From Candidatus Stercoripulliclostridium sp. (GTDB lineage: Bacteria > Bacillota > Clostridia > Christensenellales > DTU072): a DNA stretch of 44,531 nucleotides. The DNA lies in assembly GCA_045594145.1 (NCBI GenBank), contig JAZNYA010000069.1, forward strand, positions 1 through 44,531. The letters run 5' to 3'. Positions 1 through 7,869 of the stretch are shown here, piece after piece. The notes under the pieces are model-generated. The model worked only from the letters and a program-made list of their open reading frames with translations, was not told where the DNA came from and made no database searches. Position 1 is the stretch's first letter. Each line of letters begins with the position of its first letter. The position numbers were made by a program, and so were the translations under genes.

Positions 1-15
1 TGCTTGCCTTTTTTA

Positions 16-47
16 ATGCAAAATGCAAAATGCAAAATGCAAAATGG
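16..47. repeat. 7-bp tandem repeat (ATGCAAA) x4 plus a partial fifth unit
   Basis: Direct reading gives atgcaaa at 16-22, 23-29, 30-36 and 37-43, then atggg. The repeat sits in non-coding sequence at the window edge. Confidence 0.9.
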
Positions 48-107
48 GCTTCGCTCCGTTACCCTTCGCTCACAAGGAAGAATATATTTATTTAAAAATC
101 CTTAAAG

Positions 108-243
108 CTCACGCAGTGAGTAGTTAACGCTTGCGTAAGCAAGTAGTTATCGCCACCGATTAGGTGGTAGTTATCGCTCCCGTAAGGGAGTAGTTAACGC
201 AAATGCGGAGCATCGCTCCGCATTTCGCTTTGGCGAAGAAAGC
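108..243. repeat. Array of consecutive perfect mini-hairpins separated by a conserved TAGTTAWCG linker; candidate structured RNA or REP/BIME-like element
   Basis: Four short hairpins: H1 108-120 ctcac/gca/gtgag, H2 130-143 cttgc/gtaa/gcaag, H3 153-167 ccacc/gatta/ggtgg, H4 177-190 ctccc/gtaa/gggag. The linker tagtta[a/t]cg occurs at 121, 144, 168 and 191 (period 23-24 nt). These are followed by an 11-bp-stem hairpin (201-225, aaatgcggagc/atc/gctccgcattt) and a 5-bp-stem hairpin (227-243, gcttt/ggcgaag/aaagc). The transcribed strand is not established. Confidence 0.6.
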
Positions 244-250
244 ACGTATT

Positions 251-278
251 AAAATAAAAAACCACCCAATAGGGTGGT
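251..278 (-). terminator. Rho-independent terminator of the zinc-ribbon/acidic-tail gene
   Basis: The minus strand reads ACCACCC-TATT-GGGTGGT followed by TTTTTTATTTT, about 26 nt downstream of the stop at 305-307. Confidence 0.8.
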
Positions 279-304
279 CTTCGTTTATTAAGTTGTTTTG
301 TGTT

Positions 305-781
305 TTAGAAGTCGCTGTCGTCTTCGTCATCGTACTCTTCATCGTCTTCGTCTTCTTCGTCATAGTCGCCTACGTCTACGGTTTCAAAGTCGTCTTCGTC
401 GTCTTCGCTATAATAATCGTCGTCTTCATCAAAGTCTTCTTCTTCGTCTTCGAGTGAAGCAAAGCTTACGAATTCGTCGTCATCGAGAATCATGTCGTCT
501 TCAAGAAGCATATCGTCTGCTTTTTCTTCTTCCCAGTAATCATCATGGGCACTCTTTTCTTTTTCTTCTTCAAGTGCTCTTAAGCATTGTTCGCAGTACT
601 TTTCGCCTTCGTTAACGTAGTTTTCACGGCAACGGGGGCAAAGACCTTCTTCGATATCGCTTTCATCGTCGCTATCGATAGTAACTATGCCCTTTAGCTC
701 TTCTTTGCAAATAGAGCAGTAGTCTTCATCAATTGGGATGTAGTTCAAGTCGCAACGTGGACATTTTTTAAATTTTGCCAT
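305..781 (-). CDS. Small double zinc-ribbon protein with an extremely acidic C-terminal tail (hypothetical)
   Basis: The ORF is 158 aa. AAAGGAG lies 5 nt upstream of the ATG. There are two copies of a CPRC-x11-CxxC module (C7/C10/C22/C25 and C48/C51/C63/C66). By my count 53 of the last 88 residues are D or E. The gene has its own promoter and terminator. Confidence 0.8.
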   Translation of the reverse strand: MAKFKKCPRCDLNYIPIDEDYCSICKEELKGIVTIDSDDESDIEEGLCPRCRENYVNEGEKYCEQCLRALEEEKEKSAHDDYWEEEKADDMLLEDDMILDDDEFVSFASLEDEEEDFDEDDDYYSEDDEDDFETVDVGDYDEEDEDDEEYDDEDDSDF

Positions 782-826
782 TTTAACTCCTTTGAATTTG
801 ATTGGGTTTTGTGTTATGACGGATAC

Positions 827-855
827 ATTATATTTACAACGGATATATTTGTAAA
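827..855 (-). promoter_or_regulatory. Sigma-A-type promoter for the zinc-ribbon gene
   Basis: The minus strand reads TTTACA (850-855), a 17-nt spacer, then TATAAT (827-832), about 45 nt upstream of the ATG at 781. Confidence 0.6.
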
Positions 856-1097
856 CACTTTTTTGAAAAAAAATTAAAAATTTTCTTCATTTTTTCTTTT
901 CGTCCGAAAAAACGGACTAAATACTGTTACGAAGGCGGTAGGATTTCTCCTTAAAATTGCTACGAATTTTTCTTGCAAGGACGTAACAATATAGTTTTTT
1001 GTGTCTACGCTGGGCGTGTGGGCACGTGCTTGCGATTAGTCGTGCGGGCATAATGGCGTATGCGTGCGACTTGGTTTGTGGGCGAATTGCGTGCGTT

Positions 1098-1111
1098 ATG
1101 CGTGCACGCAT
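1098..1111. promoter_or_regulatory. Perfect 14-bp palindrome ATGCGTGCACGCAT inside a GCGTG/CACGC-rich cluster upstream of the giant surface-protein gene
   Basis: Checked base by base. It lies within a 17-nt alternating purine-pyrimidine run (1097-1113). The 1008-1160 region holds many further GCGTG/CACGC copies. Confidence 0.4.
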
Positions 1112-1154
1112 GCCACCACGGGCGTATAATTAAAGTAAAACTTCACGCGCACGC

Positions 1155-1184
1155 TTGCGATTTTATTATATAATATGCTATCAT
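1155..1184 (+). promoter_or_regulatory. Candidate promoter of the giant surface-protein gene
   Basis: TTGCGA (1155-1160), an 18-nt spacer, then TGcTATCAT (extended -10, 1176-1184), about 30 nt upstream of the start codon. An alternative TATAAT at 1125-1130 has no -35 element. Confidence 0.35.
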
Positions 1185-1214
1185 CAATGCGTATACTGTG
1201 AAAACTGAGAGGTT

Positions 1215-4200
1215 ATGATGGAAAAGACCATTTTCTCGAAAAAACACGCACTAATTAAGTTTTCCGTCGTCTTATTGCTCGCTTTGTTTGCGTTCTGTTT
1301 CGCAACCATGCAAGCGGTAAGTATTCCTGCACGTGCAGAAGAGACGGACGTACAAGCGTACGAGTTTGACGTCGATACGGGAAATTACCGCCAAGGCACC
1401 TACCTAAAGGTAACCGGTGTTTATCCCCAATTCAAGCTCACCTTCAAGGACAAGAACAACGTTCTGGAAAAGGGCTTCTGGTTTGGTGTTTCGGAAACTC
1501 CCAACATTGAAGACGTAGACGTTTGGAGCAAGGCTCACAACTATGCTGTTGACGACCAAGGCAACGGCGTGGGCACCATCTTCATCGACACTGTTGCTCG
1601 TGACGAAGCAGAAGCAAACGGTGGCATATATCACAAATATATGTTCTTCGGTAGCGGACAAACTGCAGGAGCCGGCCCGGAATACTACTCGGCGGAAATG
1701 GTAGACCTTCGTCTTGACGTAAACATTTCCGACGACGTATATAAGATTGACTATTTGAGTGCAACTTATGACAACAAGGGTACGACCACCGATTATAGCT
1801 TTGATTCTATAGAGAAGCAATGGATATCTTCTCCCATCACGATGGTTGTAAAAAACAATGACGGTGAGTTTGATAACGCCAACTTCTATTATAAGCTCGA
1901 TGGTAACATCGTATACGAAAACGGCATAAACGCAGGTAGCGAATTCCAACCCGTAAAGTTTGCTAAAAAGGCCATTACACAAGAAGGTAGTGCGAATTCT
2001 TTGTATCAAGGCGAAGCAATTATTCCCAATCCTGAAAGCGGAATAGTTTCTTTCGAAGGAAAAATCACGGTATACTCAACTTCCTTCGCAACCCCCGATG
2101 AACCTATCTACTATGATGCTAAAGAACTAAACTTCTATTATGACGGTGCAGCTCCCGAGTTTACCGTTCAACCCAAAGTTGCCGGTGAAGACCACCAAAA
2201 AGAATGGGCAAAGGGCGACATCGAATACGTTATAAATAACGCTCCCGTCGCTTCCGGTGCTACCTATTTCTGTGACGTATGGGTAGCAGGCGGACAAAAG
2301 GAAACCTACCAAGTACAAAAGCACGGCGATGCATATTCCTACGTAGTTTCTAACGAAGGCGTAACCAACGTACAATTCCGTGCAGTTTCCAATTCCGGCG
2401 TAGAATATTCGACCAACCAATATATTGCTCGTATAGATAAAGTTAAGCCCGTAATTGCTGTTTCCGCAATAGATAAACATGGTGCGGAAATCCGTACCGG
2501 CGGTTATGCCAGCGACGACGTAACCTTCACGGTTATTAACGAAAGCAAGCAACAACCCAACAATACCATTACTTACCAATACAGCTTGGACGGCGAAGAG
2601 TATCAAGAAATTTCAAACAACACCGGAAACTATCAATGGTCTCCTGCGGATGAAAGCATAATAGGTAAAACCTATTACTTCAAAATACTTTCTGCATCCG
2701 GTTACGAAGATAACTACGCATTTACCATTTCCGTTTTAAAGAGCAATTATTCCGTAAAGATGAAAATAGACAAACTAAACGTTAACGGAACCGGCTGGTT
2801 AAACGAAGCAGTAGGCGTAGAATTCACCATGCCCAGAGTTTTGGGAATTGCTAACGAATATGAAATTCAAGGTATGATTACCGGTGCTCCCGATACCGGC
2901 AAGGTACTACCCATCCTAAGCGAAGAAGTGGACGGAGACAGCGTAACCTATAAAGTTCAAATAGACACCAATCTTGCCAACAACAGCTATTCCTTCAAGG
3001 TAAGCGACAAGGCAAACAACCAAGCCGATACAGGTACGGTAGAACAAGACGGCGTTTCCGTAGAGAATACTTCTCTACGTACCACCCAATTAAAGCTTGA
3101 CTTGGTAACCCCGAGTGCAGACGTAGTGGCAACCATTAACGGTACGGCTATCGTTCTTAGCGAAAGTGATTGGGCAAACGGAGAAGTTCTCATCACCATT
3201 ACTCCTGCAGAGCTAATTTCCGGCGTAAACTGCTATCCCGTAATCGAAGGCATCGTTTCCGGCGTTGCAATGACCGAAAGAAACGGCTCCTTTACCAAGA
3301 TGGTATCCGTAGGCGGAAATTATGAATTCCGTCTGGTAAGCGGTGCAGGACTATATGAACAAGTCAGCTGTCAAGTTAACATTGATACGAGAGACATTAC
3401 TTTGGAAGAAGTCATAGTTTCAACCATCGATAAGCAAGGCAACGTAATCGAAGAAGACATCGATGAAAAAGATGCAAGCTTGATGATAGCAAACAACCTT
3501 AAAGTAACGTTCGTAACCAACCATAACGACTTGCCCGATAACTATTTGTCAGCAGGCGTAAGCGTAAAAGAACACTTTAACATCTATTACACCACCTTCA
3601 CCGGCGATGAACCCACTCGCAATCTTAACGAATATGAAAGATTCGTAGCGGAAGAAGGACAAGACCCCTTCACCTTCATCATCAACATGCTTGAAGAAGG
3701 CGGTAACGGATATCTAAAGTATGCTTTCTATCTGGAAAGTATGGCTACCGATACCAACGGCATAAAGAGCGTAACGGACGTAGAGTTCTTCACTATCGCA
3801 TACGACGTACGTGACTTCGTTATAGTAGCAAGCTATAGCGGTTTAGGCATGGACGACCAATGGGTAGGCAGTGCTCCCACCTTCACTTTGAGCTTGAGCC
3901 AAGAAACTGCAGTAGGCATTTCCGTAAAGGAATTCCAATATTCTCTTTCCGAAAATGGACAATGGACTTCTATCCCCGGCACCATAGATAACAAAGTCGA
4001 CTTCGATTTCGAAGGCGTAGAAAACTACGTCGATTACGTAGACGACCTACATAGTCTAAACAGTGAAAACACTTTCCGTAGCTTTAACGGCACCATTTAC
4101 TTTAGAGCAGTGAACGCAGCAGGACACACGAGCCCGCCTATTTCATGCGAAGTAAAGATGGATACTTCCACCCCAAATCCCTTGTATGCGGTAAGACAAC

Positions 4201-7055
4201 TTTCCGGTGAAAACGTATACGACAGCACGAGCAACATTTTCACCATTTACTCCAACAAGGAAGTAGCCTATGCTCAAACCAGCGAAAATGACGGTGAAGT
4301 ATTTGCTCAAAAGGCACCCATCACTTATTATTACAGAACCACGTCTTTTGATGGCGAAAGCAGAAGTGATGAACTCGAAGACACTAGCGTATGGACCAAG
4401 CTTACCAACAAGTTCACGTTTACTAACGATAGTTACTATTGGATAATTGCCGATAACGGTATGGTAAGAAGTGCTCCCTATAAAATACAAGTTAAAATCG
4501 AGAGCACGACGAAGCAAGTTCTTGGAGCAACCCTTCAAGGCGGAACCATTGGTGCAGATAAGACTATCATCGAGTATAACTGGACTCAAGATAGAGCTTC
4601 CATCCAATTTGCTATTACGTCCCAATCCGCAACGTATATTTGGTACTCACTTGATGGCGAGCCTTGGACGAAGGTAGAAGAAAGGGCTATTGAAGTTAAT
4701 ACGACGGGAACTACCTATCAAACCGTATCCTTCATGCCACCTTCGGAAGACGGCACTCCCATTGATGAAGAGTTTGTCATTGTAGGTAATATCAAGAAGA
4801 CGGTAAAATTCAAGATTACCAATAGACACGGTTCGGAATACGTCATTGAACAAAGCGTTATCATAAGAATCGACTCGGCATCGCCTGAATTCGCAGTAGA
4901 TTTAAGCACTGCAACTCAAGGTAGCATAAATGAAGAAGACCTTTCCAAGTACTTTAGTGAAACCATCCATATCCACATCACTCCCATAGCGGAAAACCCC
5001 GGTGGCGTAGAGTATACTTATAGAGTAGACGGCACGTTAAGCTTCGAAAAGATGGCAGGTGCATATATCACCACCGATGAAATTTTGGGATTTAGTGGTA
5101 ATGGTATTTTGAATTTGACCATAAGAGCACAAGCAAAGGCAAGCCTAAAGACCTATGAAAAACACCTAACGCTAAAGGTAGACAAGATAGCTCCCGAGTT
5201 CAGCCTAAAGGGCGAAGTATTCAGGGACGGCCTACCTACCGGTCAAAAGATTGATTCCGGCGTATGGACCAATGCCGACGAAGTACTTGTTTCCAGAGTA
5301 GTAGAAAAGATACCTGTTTCCGGTGCAACCTATACTATCGCAGTAGGCGAAGAACCCATCAAGAATTGGGCGGAAGGCACTCCCGAATCCATCAAGGAAA
5401 TTTCTAAGATTGTAGTAACCGCAACTTCCGGTTCCGGTCTTGTAGTAGAAAAGGAATTCCAAGTTAACATCGATAGGGAAGCTCCCATCATTGATGCAGG
5501 CAAGATAATCAACAATCCCGATAACTTTAACGCACCCTTCAAGTACTATATCGACCAAAAGATTACGTTTGTAGAAGCTCACCTTAAGAGTGCTATGTAT
5601 AACGGATTCCCGCTTGCAAACGGACACGTTATAGCAACCAACTCCGTAGATAACTCCAATAATGGTCTCGTTCACATCGTTATAGAAGACCTTGCCGGCA
5701 ACGTTGCAGAACTCAAGTTCTATATGACGATATTCGATTTAACGGTAAACAACATCCAAATTAACGAAGACCACATTAAGAGACTAGCCGAGTTTGAAAC
5801 GGCATATCAAGATGCTTTGAACAGCGGTAGCTTGAGCGATTCTCGTGCCGAATACTTTAGCACGACGATAGGTAGACTTAAGGATAGACTTGCAACCTTG
5901 GAAAAAGAAGTTGCAGACTACCAAGCATACCTGACTCGCATCAACCAAAAGGTAACCTTCGACCTTGTTAGCGACTATCCCAGCATGGAAAAATACCTAG
6001 CATACTTCATTTCCGAAGACCCGCTAATCGTATATCCCAAGTGGCAACAAGAAAAGATTAGAGAAGGCGTTTACGAAACCTACTACAACAAACTCCTTGC
6101 CGCATATAGCGAACTCAATACGCATATGACGGTTGTTAGAAATCTACAAAAAGAAGTAGTAGCTCTTCCCGCAACGAACATCGTAGAAGAAGGCGACTAT
6201 CAAGCAGTTATACGTGTATACAACGCATATCAATCGCTCTCTAACGACCAAAAGGCAGTATTTAAGCCTACGCTATATACCAAGCTCACCGAGCTAAAGA
6301 GAATTTGTGAAGTATACCTACTACAAGATGAAGATACCGGCATCTCCATTGATGGCGACCACCTAGTAGGCGAAAGCGTTGGTGTAGCACTCGAAGTTGT
6401 TAACTACGCAGAAAGCACCGAGCTATTCCTTAACGCTCAAAAGACCTTGTATGAAACGGTAAGCGAAGGTAACCCCCGCAAGATTATATCCATCAACAAG
6501 CTGGGACTCACGGGCTACGGCTCACAATTCGATACGGGCGAAATTACCATTACACTACCCATACCGAACGAAGGCGAAATCGACTATACCGAATACGTAT
6601 ACTTCGCAGTATATAGACTTTCTGCAGACGGCACGCTCTCTCCCGTTAAGAACGTAATGCGTGCACGTGATGGTAAGAGCGTATACTTCAACTCTACGCA
6701 ACTTGACACTTACGTACTTGCTACCACCGCTAACGTAGTAGTAAGAGACGAGCCCGAAAAGATTTACGGCTCCGTTGCAGGAATAGAAATTGATGCAACG
6801 CTACTAACCTACATCACCTTTGCAGTAATCGCAATGTTCGTAGTATTCGTAGTAATCGTTCTCTTGGTTGCAATAAGAAGACGCAAGTTCCTACGTGCAT
6901 ACAACCGTGACCACAAGAACGCACTACAACGTCGTGGTATTACCAGAATACCCAAGGGCAACGCACCGCCACCTTCCAACCCTGCACGTCCTGAAGAAAG
7001 AGTTGGAGATACTAGTGCCGTATATTACTACGGAAAGAAGAGAAGAAAGAGATAA
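1215..7055 (+). CDS. Giant (1946 aa) cell-surface protein with N-terminal signal peptide, multiple Ig-like domains, a helical region, a C-terminal TM anchor and a basic cytoplasmic tail
   Basis: - GAGAGG RBS at 1207-1212; the ATG at 1218 is spaced better than the one at 1215.
- The signal peptide ends ...IPARA/EE.
- Domain-boundary motif D-x-x-x-P-x-(I/F) recurs near nt 2140, 2435, 3100, 4155, 4870, 5180 and 5470.
- TM helix LLTYITFAVIAMFVVFVVIVLLVAI at about 6801-6875, followed by an RRRK... tail.
- No LPXTG, SLH or choline-binding repeat was seen. Confidence 0.85.
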   Translation: MMEKTIFSKKHALIKFSVVLLLALFAFCFATMQAVSIPARAEETDVQAYEFDVDTGNYRQGTYLKVTGVYPQFKLTFKDKNNVLEKGFWFGVSETPNIEDVDVWSKAHNYAVDDQGNGVGTIFIDTVARDEAEANGGIYHKYMFFGSGQTAGAGPEYYSAEMVDLRLDVNISDDVYKIDYLSATYDNKGTTTDYSFDSIEKQWISSPITMVVKNNDGEFDNANFYYKLDGNIVYENGINAGSEFQPVKFAKKAITQEGSANSLYQGEAIIPNPESGIVSFEGKITVYSTSFATPDEPIYYDAKELNFYYDGAAPEFTVQPKVAGEDHQKEWAKGDIEYVINNAPVASGATYFCDVWVAGGQKETYQVQKHGDAYSYVVSNEGVTNVQFRAVSNSGVEYSTNQYIARIDKVKPVIAVSAIDKHGAEIRTGGYASDDVTFTVINESKQQPNNTITYQYSLDGEEYQEISNNTGNYQWSPADESIIGKTYYFKILSASGYEDNYAFTISVLKSNYSVKMKIDKLNVNGTGWLNEAVGVEFTMPRVLGIANEYEIQGMITGAPDTGKVLPILSEEVDGDSVTYKVQIDTNLANNSYSFKVSDKANNQADTGTVEQDGVSVENTSLRTTQLKLDLVTPSADVVATINGTAIVLSESDWANGEVLITITPAELISGVNCYPVIEGIVSGVAMTERNGSFTKMVSVGGNYEFRLVSGAGLYEQVSCQVNIDTRDITLEEVIVSTIDKQGNVIEEDIDEKDASLMIANNLKVTFVTNHNDLPDNYLSAGVSVKEHFNIYYTTFTGDEPTRNLNEYERFVAEEGQDPFTFIINMLEEGGNGYLKYAFYLESMATDTNGIKSVTDVEFFTIAYDVRDFVIVASYSGLGMDDQWVGSAPTFTLSLSQETAVGISVKEFQYSLSENGQWTSIPGTIDNKVDFDFEGVENYVDYVDDLHSLNSENTFRSFNGTIYFRAVNAAGHTSPPISCEVKMDTSTPNPLYAVRQLSGENVYDSTSNIFTIYSNKEVAYAQTSENDGEVFAQKAPITYYYRTTSFDGESRSDELEDTSVWTKLTNKFTFTNDSYYWIIADNGMVRSAPYKIQVKIESTTKQVLGATLQGGTIGADKTIIEYNWTQDRASIQFAITSQSATYIWYSLDGEPWTKVEERAIEVNTTGTTYQTVSFMPPSEDGTPIDEEFVIVGNIKKTVKFKITNRHGSEYVIEQSVIIRIDSASPEFAVDLSTATQGSINEEDLSKYFSETIHIHITPIAENPGGVEYTYRVDGTLSFEKMAGAYITTDEILGFSGNGILNLTIRAQAKASLKTYEKHLTLKVDKIAPEFSLKGEVFRDGLPTGQKIDSGVWTNADEVLVSRVVEKIPVSGATYTIAVGEEPIKNWAEGTPESIKEISKIVVTATSGSGLVVEKEFQVNIDREAPIIDAGKIINNPDNFNAPFKYYIDQKITFVEAHLKSAMYNGFPLANGHVIATNSVDNSNNGLVHIVIEDLAGNVAELKFYMTIFDLTVNNIQINEDHIKRLAEFETAYQDALNSGSLSDSRAEYFSTTIGRLKDRLATLEKEVADYQAYLTRINQKVTFDLVSDYPSMEKYLAYFISEDPLIVYPKWQQEKIREGVYETYYNKLLAAYSELNTHMTVVRNLQKEVVALPATNIVEEGDYQAVIRVYNAYQSLSNDQKAVFKPTLYTKLTELKRICEVYLLQDEDTGISIDGDHLVGESVGVALEVVNYAESTELFLNAQKTLYETVSEGNPRKIISINKLGLTGYGSQFDTGEITITLPIPNEGEIDYTEYVYFAVYRLSADGTLSPVKNVMRARDGKSVYFNSTQLDTYVLATTANVVVRDEPEKIYGSVAGIEIDATLLTYITFAVIAMFVVFVVIVLLVAIRRRKFLRAYNRDHKNALQRRGITRIPKGNAPPPSNPARPEERVGDTSAVYYYGKKRRKR

Positions 7056-7092
7056 TCTTCACCCGGTGTACCCCTAAAAAAAGGAGAATACT

Positions 7093-7860
7093 ATGGCAAT
7101 AGATAATAGAACTTTGGCGTACGTAAATTTTTACGCCGCAATAGGCACTCTGGAAAAATTCGTAGAGTACGATAAAGAAGCCGGAGAAATTGCAAAATCC
7201 CAAAACATCACCGTCCGTTTCCACGTTAAAGGTGGACCGGACGGCTTGGTAATATTTAAAGACGGCAAGGTTTCCGTCATCCCTTATGATAAGAGAAGAG
7301 TGGATATCCACCTTTATTGTCCCACCCCCGAAAGCTTTAACAAAGTAGTAGATGGCACCGGCATGCCCATACCCGTTAAGGGCCTTTTTAAGACGCTAAA
7401 ATTCATGGGTAGCCCAACTAGTCCATTTAGTCGTTTAACGGACAAAATGAGTGCTATAATGCGTGCTAAGACTTTTGAAAGCAAGGAAGAGAGAGACCTT
7501 TGTACCATCCTTTCCTTTTATGCGATGGCATCCGGTATTTGTGAAGTAGGCAATCACGATGAAATAGCTCGTTACGCCATGAATAGAGTGCTGGACGGCA
7601 AAATCGTACTTGGAATAAAGGACGTTTGCTATGCAACCATCATAAAAGAAAACGGAGCTATGAGAGTCGTTAGAGAAGGGCTCGAAGGCGGACGTGCATT
7701 TATGACCTTTGGCGATATTGACGTAGCCAAGGGCTTAATCGACGGCGAACTTGATAGTATGGCTTGCGTCTCTAGCGGAAAGCTCGATACTCGTGGCCAT
7801 ATGTTGATGCTGGAAAACGTCAACAAGATACTAAACATAGTTCCCAAATATTTGCAATAG
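7093..7860 (+). CDS. Hypothetical protein with two SCP2-like (sterol/lipid carrier) halves
   Basis: AAGGAG lies 6 nt upstream of the ATG. Both halves show the SCP2-like pattern. The first is ITVRFHVKGGPDGLVIFKDGKV...KGLFKTLKF; the second is FGDIDVAKGLIDGELDSMACVSSGKLDTRGHMLMLENV. The fold assignment is by eye only. Confidence 0.45.
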   Translation: MAIDNRTLAYVNFYAAIGTLEKFVEYDKEAGEIAKSQNITVRFHVKGGPDGLVIFKDGKVSVIPYDKRRVDIHLYCPTPESFNKVVDGTGMPIPVKGLFKTLKFMGSPTSPFSRLTDKMSAIMRAKTFESKEERDLCTILSFYAMASGICEVGNHDEIARYAMNRVLDGKIVLGIKDVCYATIIKENGAMRVVREGLEGGRAFMTFGDIDVAKGLIDGELDSMACVSSGKLDTRGHMLMLENVNKILNIVPKYLQ

Positions 7861-7869
7861 GAGAAAGAG

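Noticed and set aside
100-243. Whether the hairpin/linker array is a miniature CRISPR array.
   Set aside because: The conserved unit is only 9-10 nt. The intervening 13-15 nt segments are each self-complementary rather than unique spacers. No cas gene or leader is present in the window.
203-615. Plus-strand ORFs 203-457 (84 aa, Val/Phe-rich) and 298-615 (105 aa, Arg/Leu-rich).
   Set aside because: They are antisense or alternative-frame readings of the low-complexity GAx/GAC-rich acidic-tail coding sequence of the 305-781 gene. They have no RBS, and their composition is a mirror artefact of the D/E codons.
917-1111. 64-aa minus-strand ORF in the intergenic region upstream of the giant gene.
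   Set aside because: There is no usable RBS; GGTGG abuts the ATG. The composition is highly basic and low-complexity. The ORF is created by the GCGTG/CACGC-rich repeat block, so the region is better explained as regulatory DNA.
1404-5675. Antisense ORFs inside the giant surface-protein gene (1404-2009, 2127-2606, 4143-4625, 5232-5675 and smaller ones).
   Set aside because: They lie entirely within a 5.8-kb ORF that has a coherent signal peptide, repeats and TM architecture. They lack RBSs and have shadow-ORF composition.
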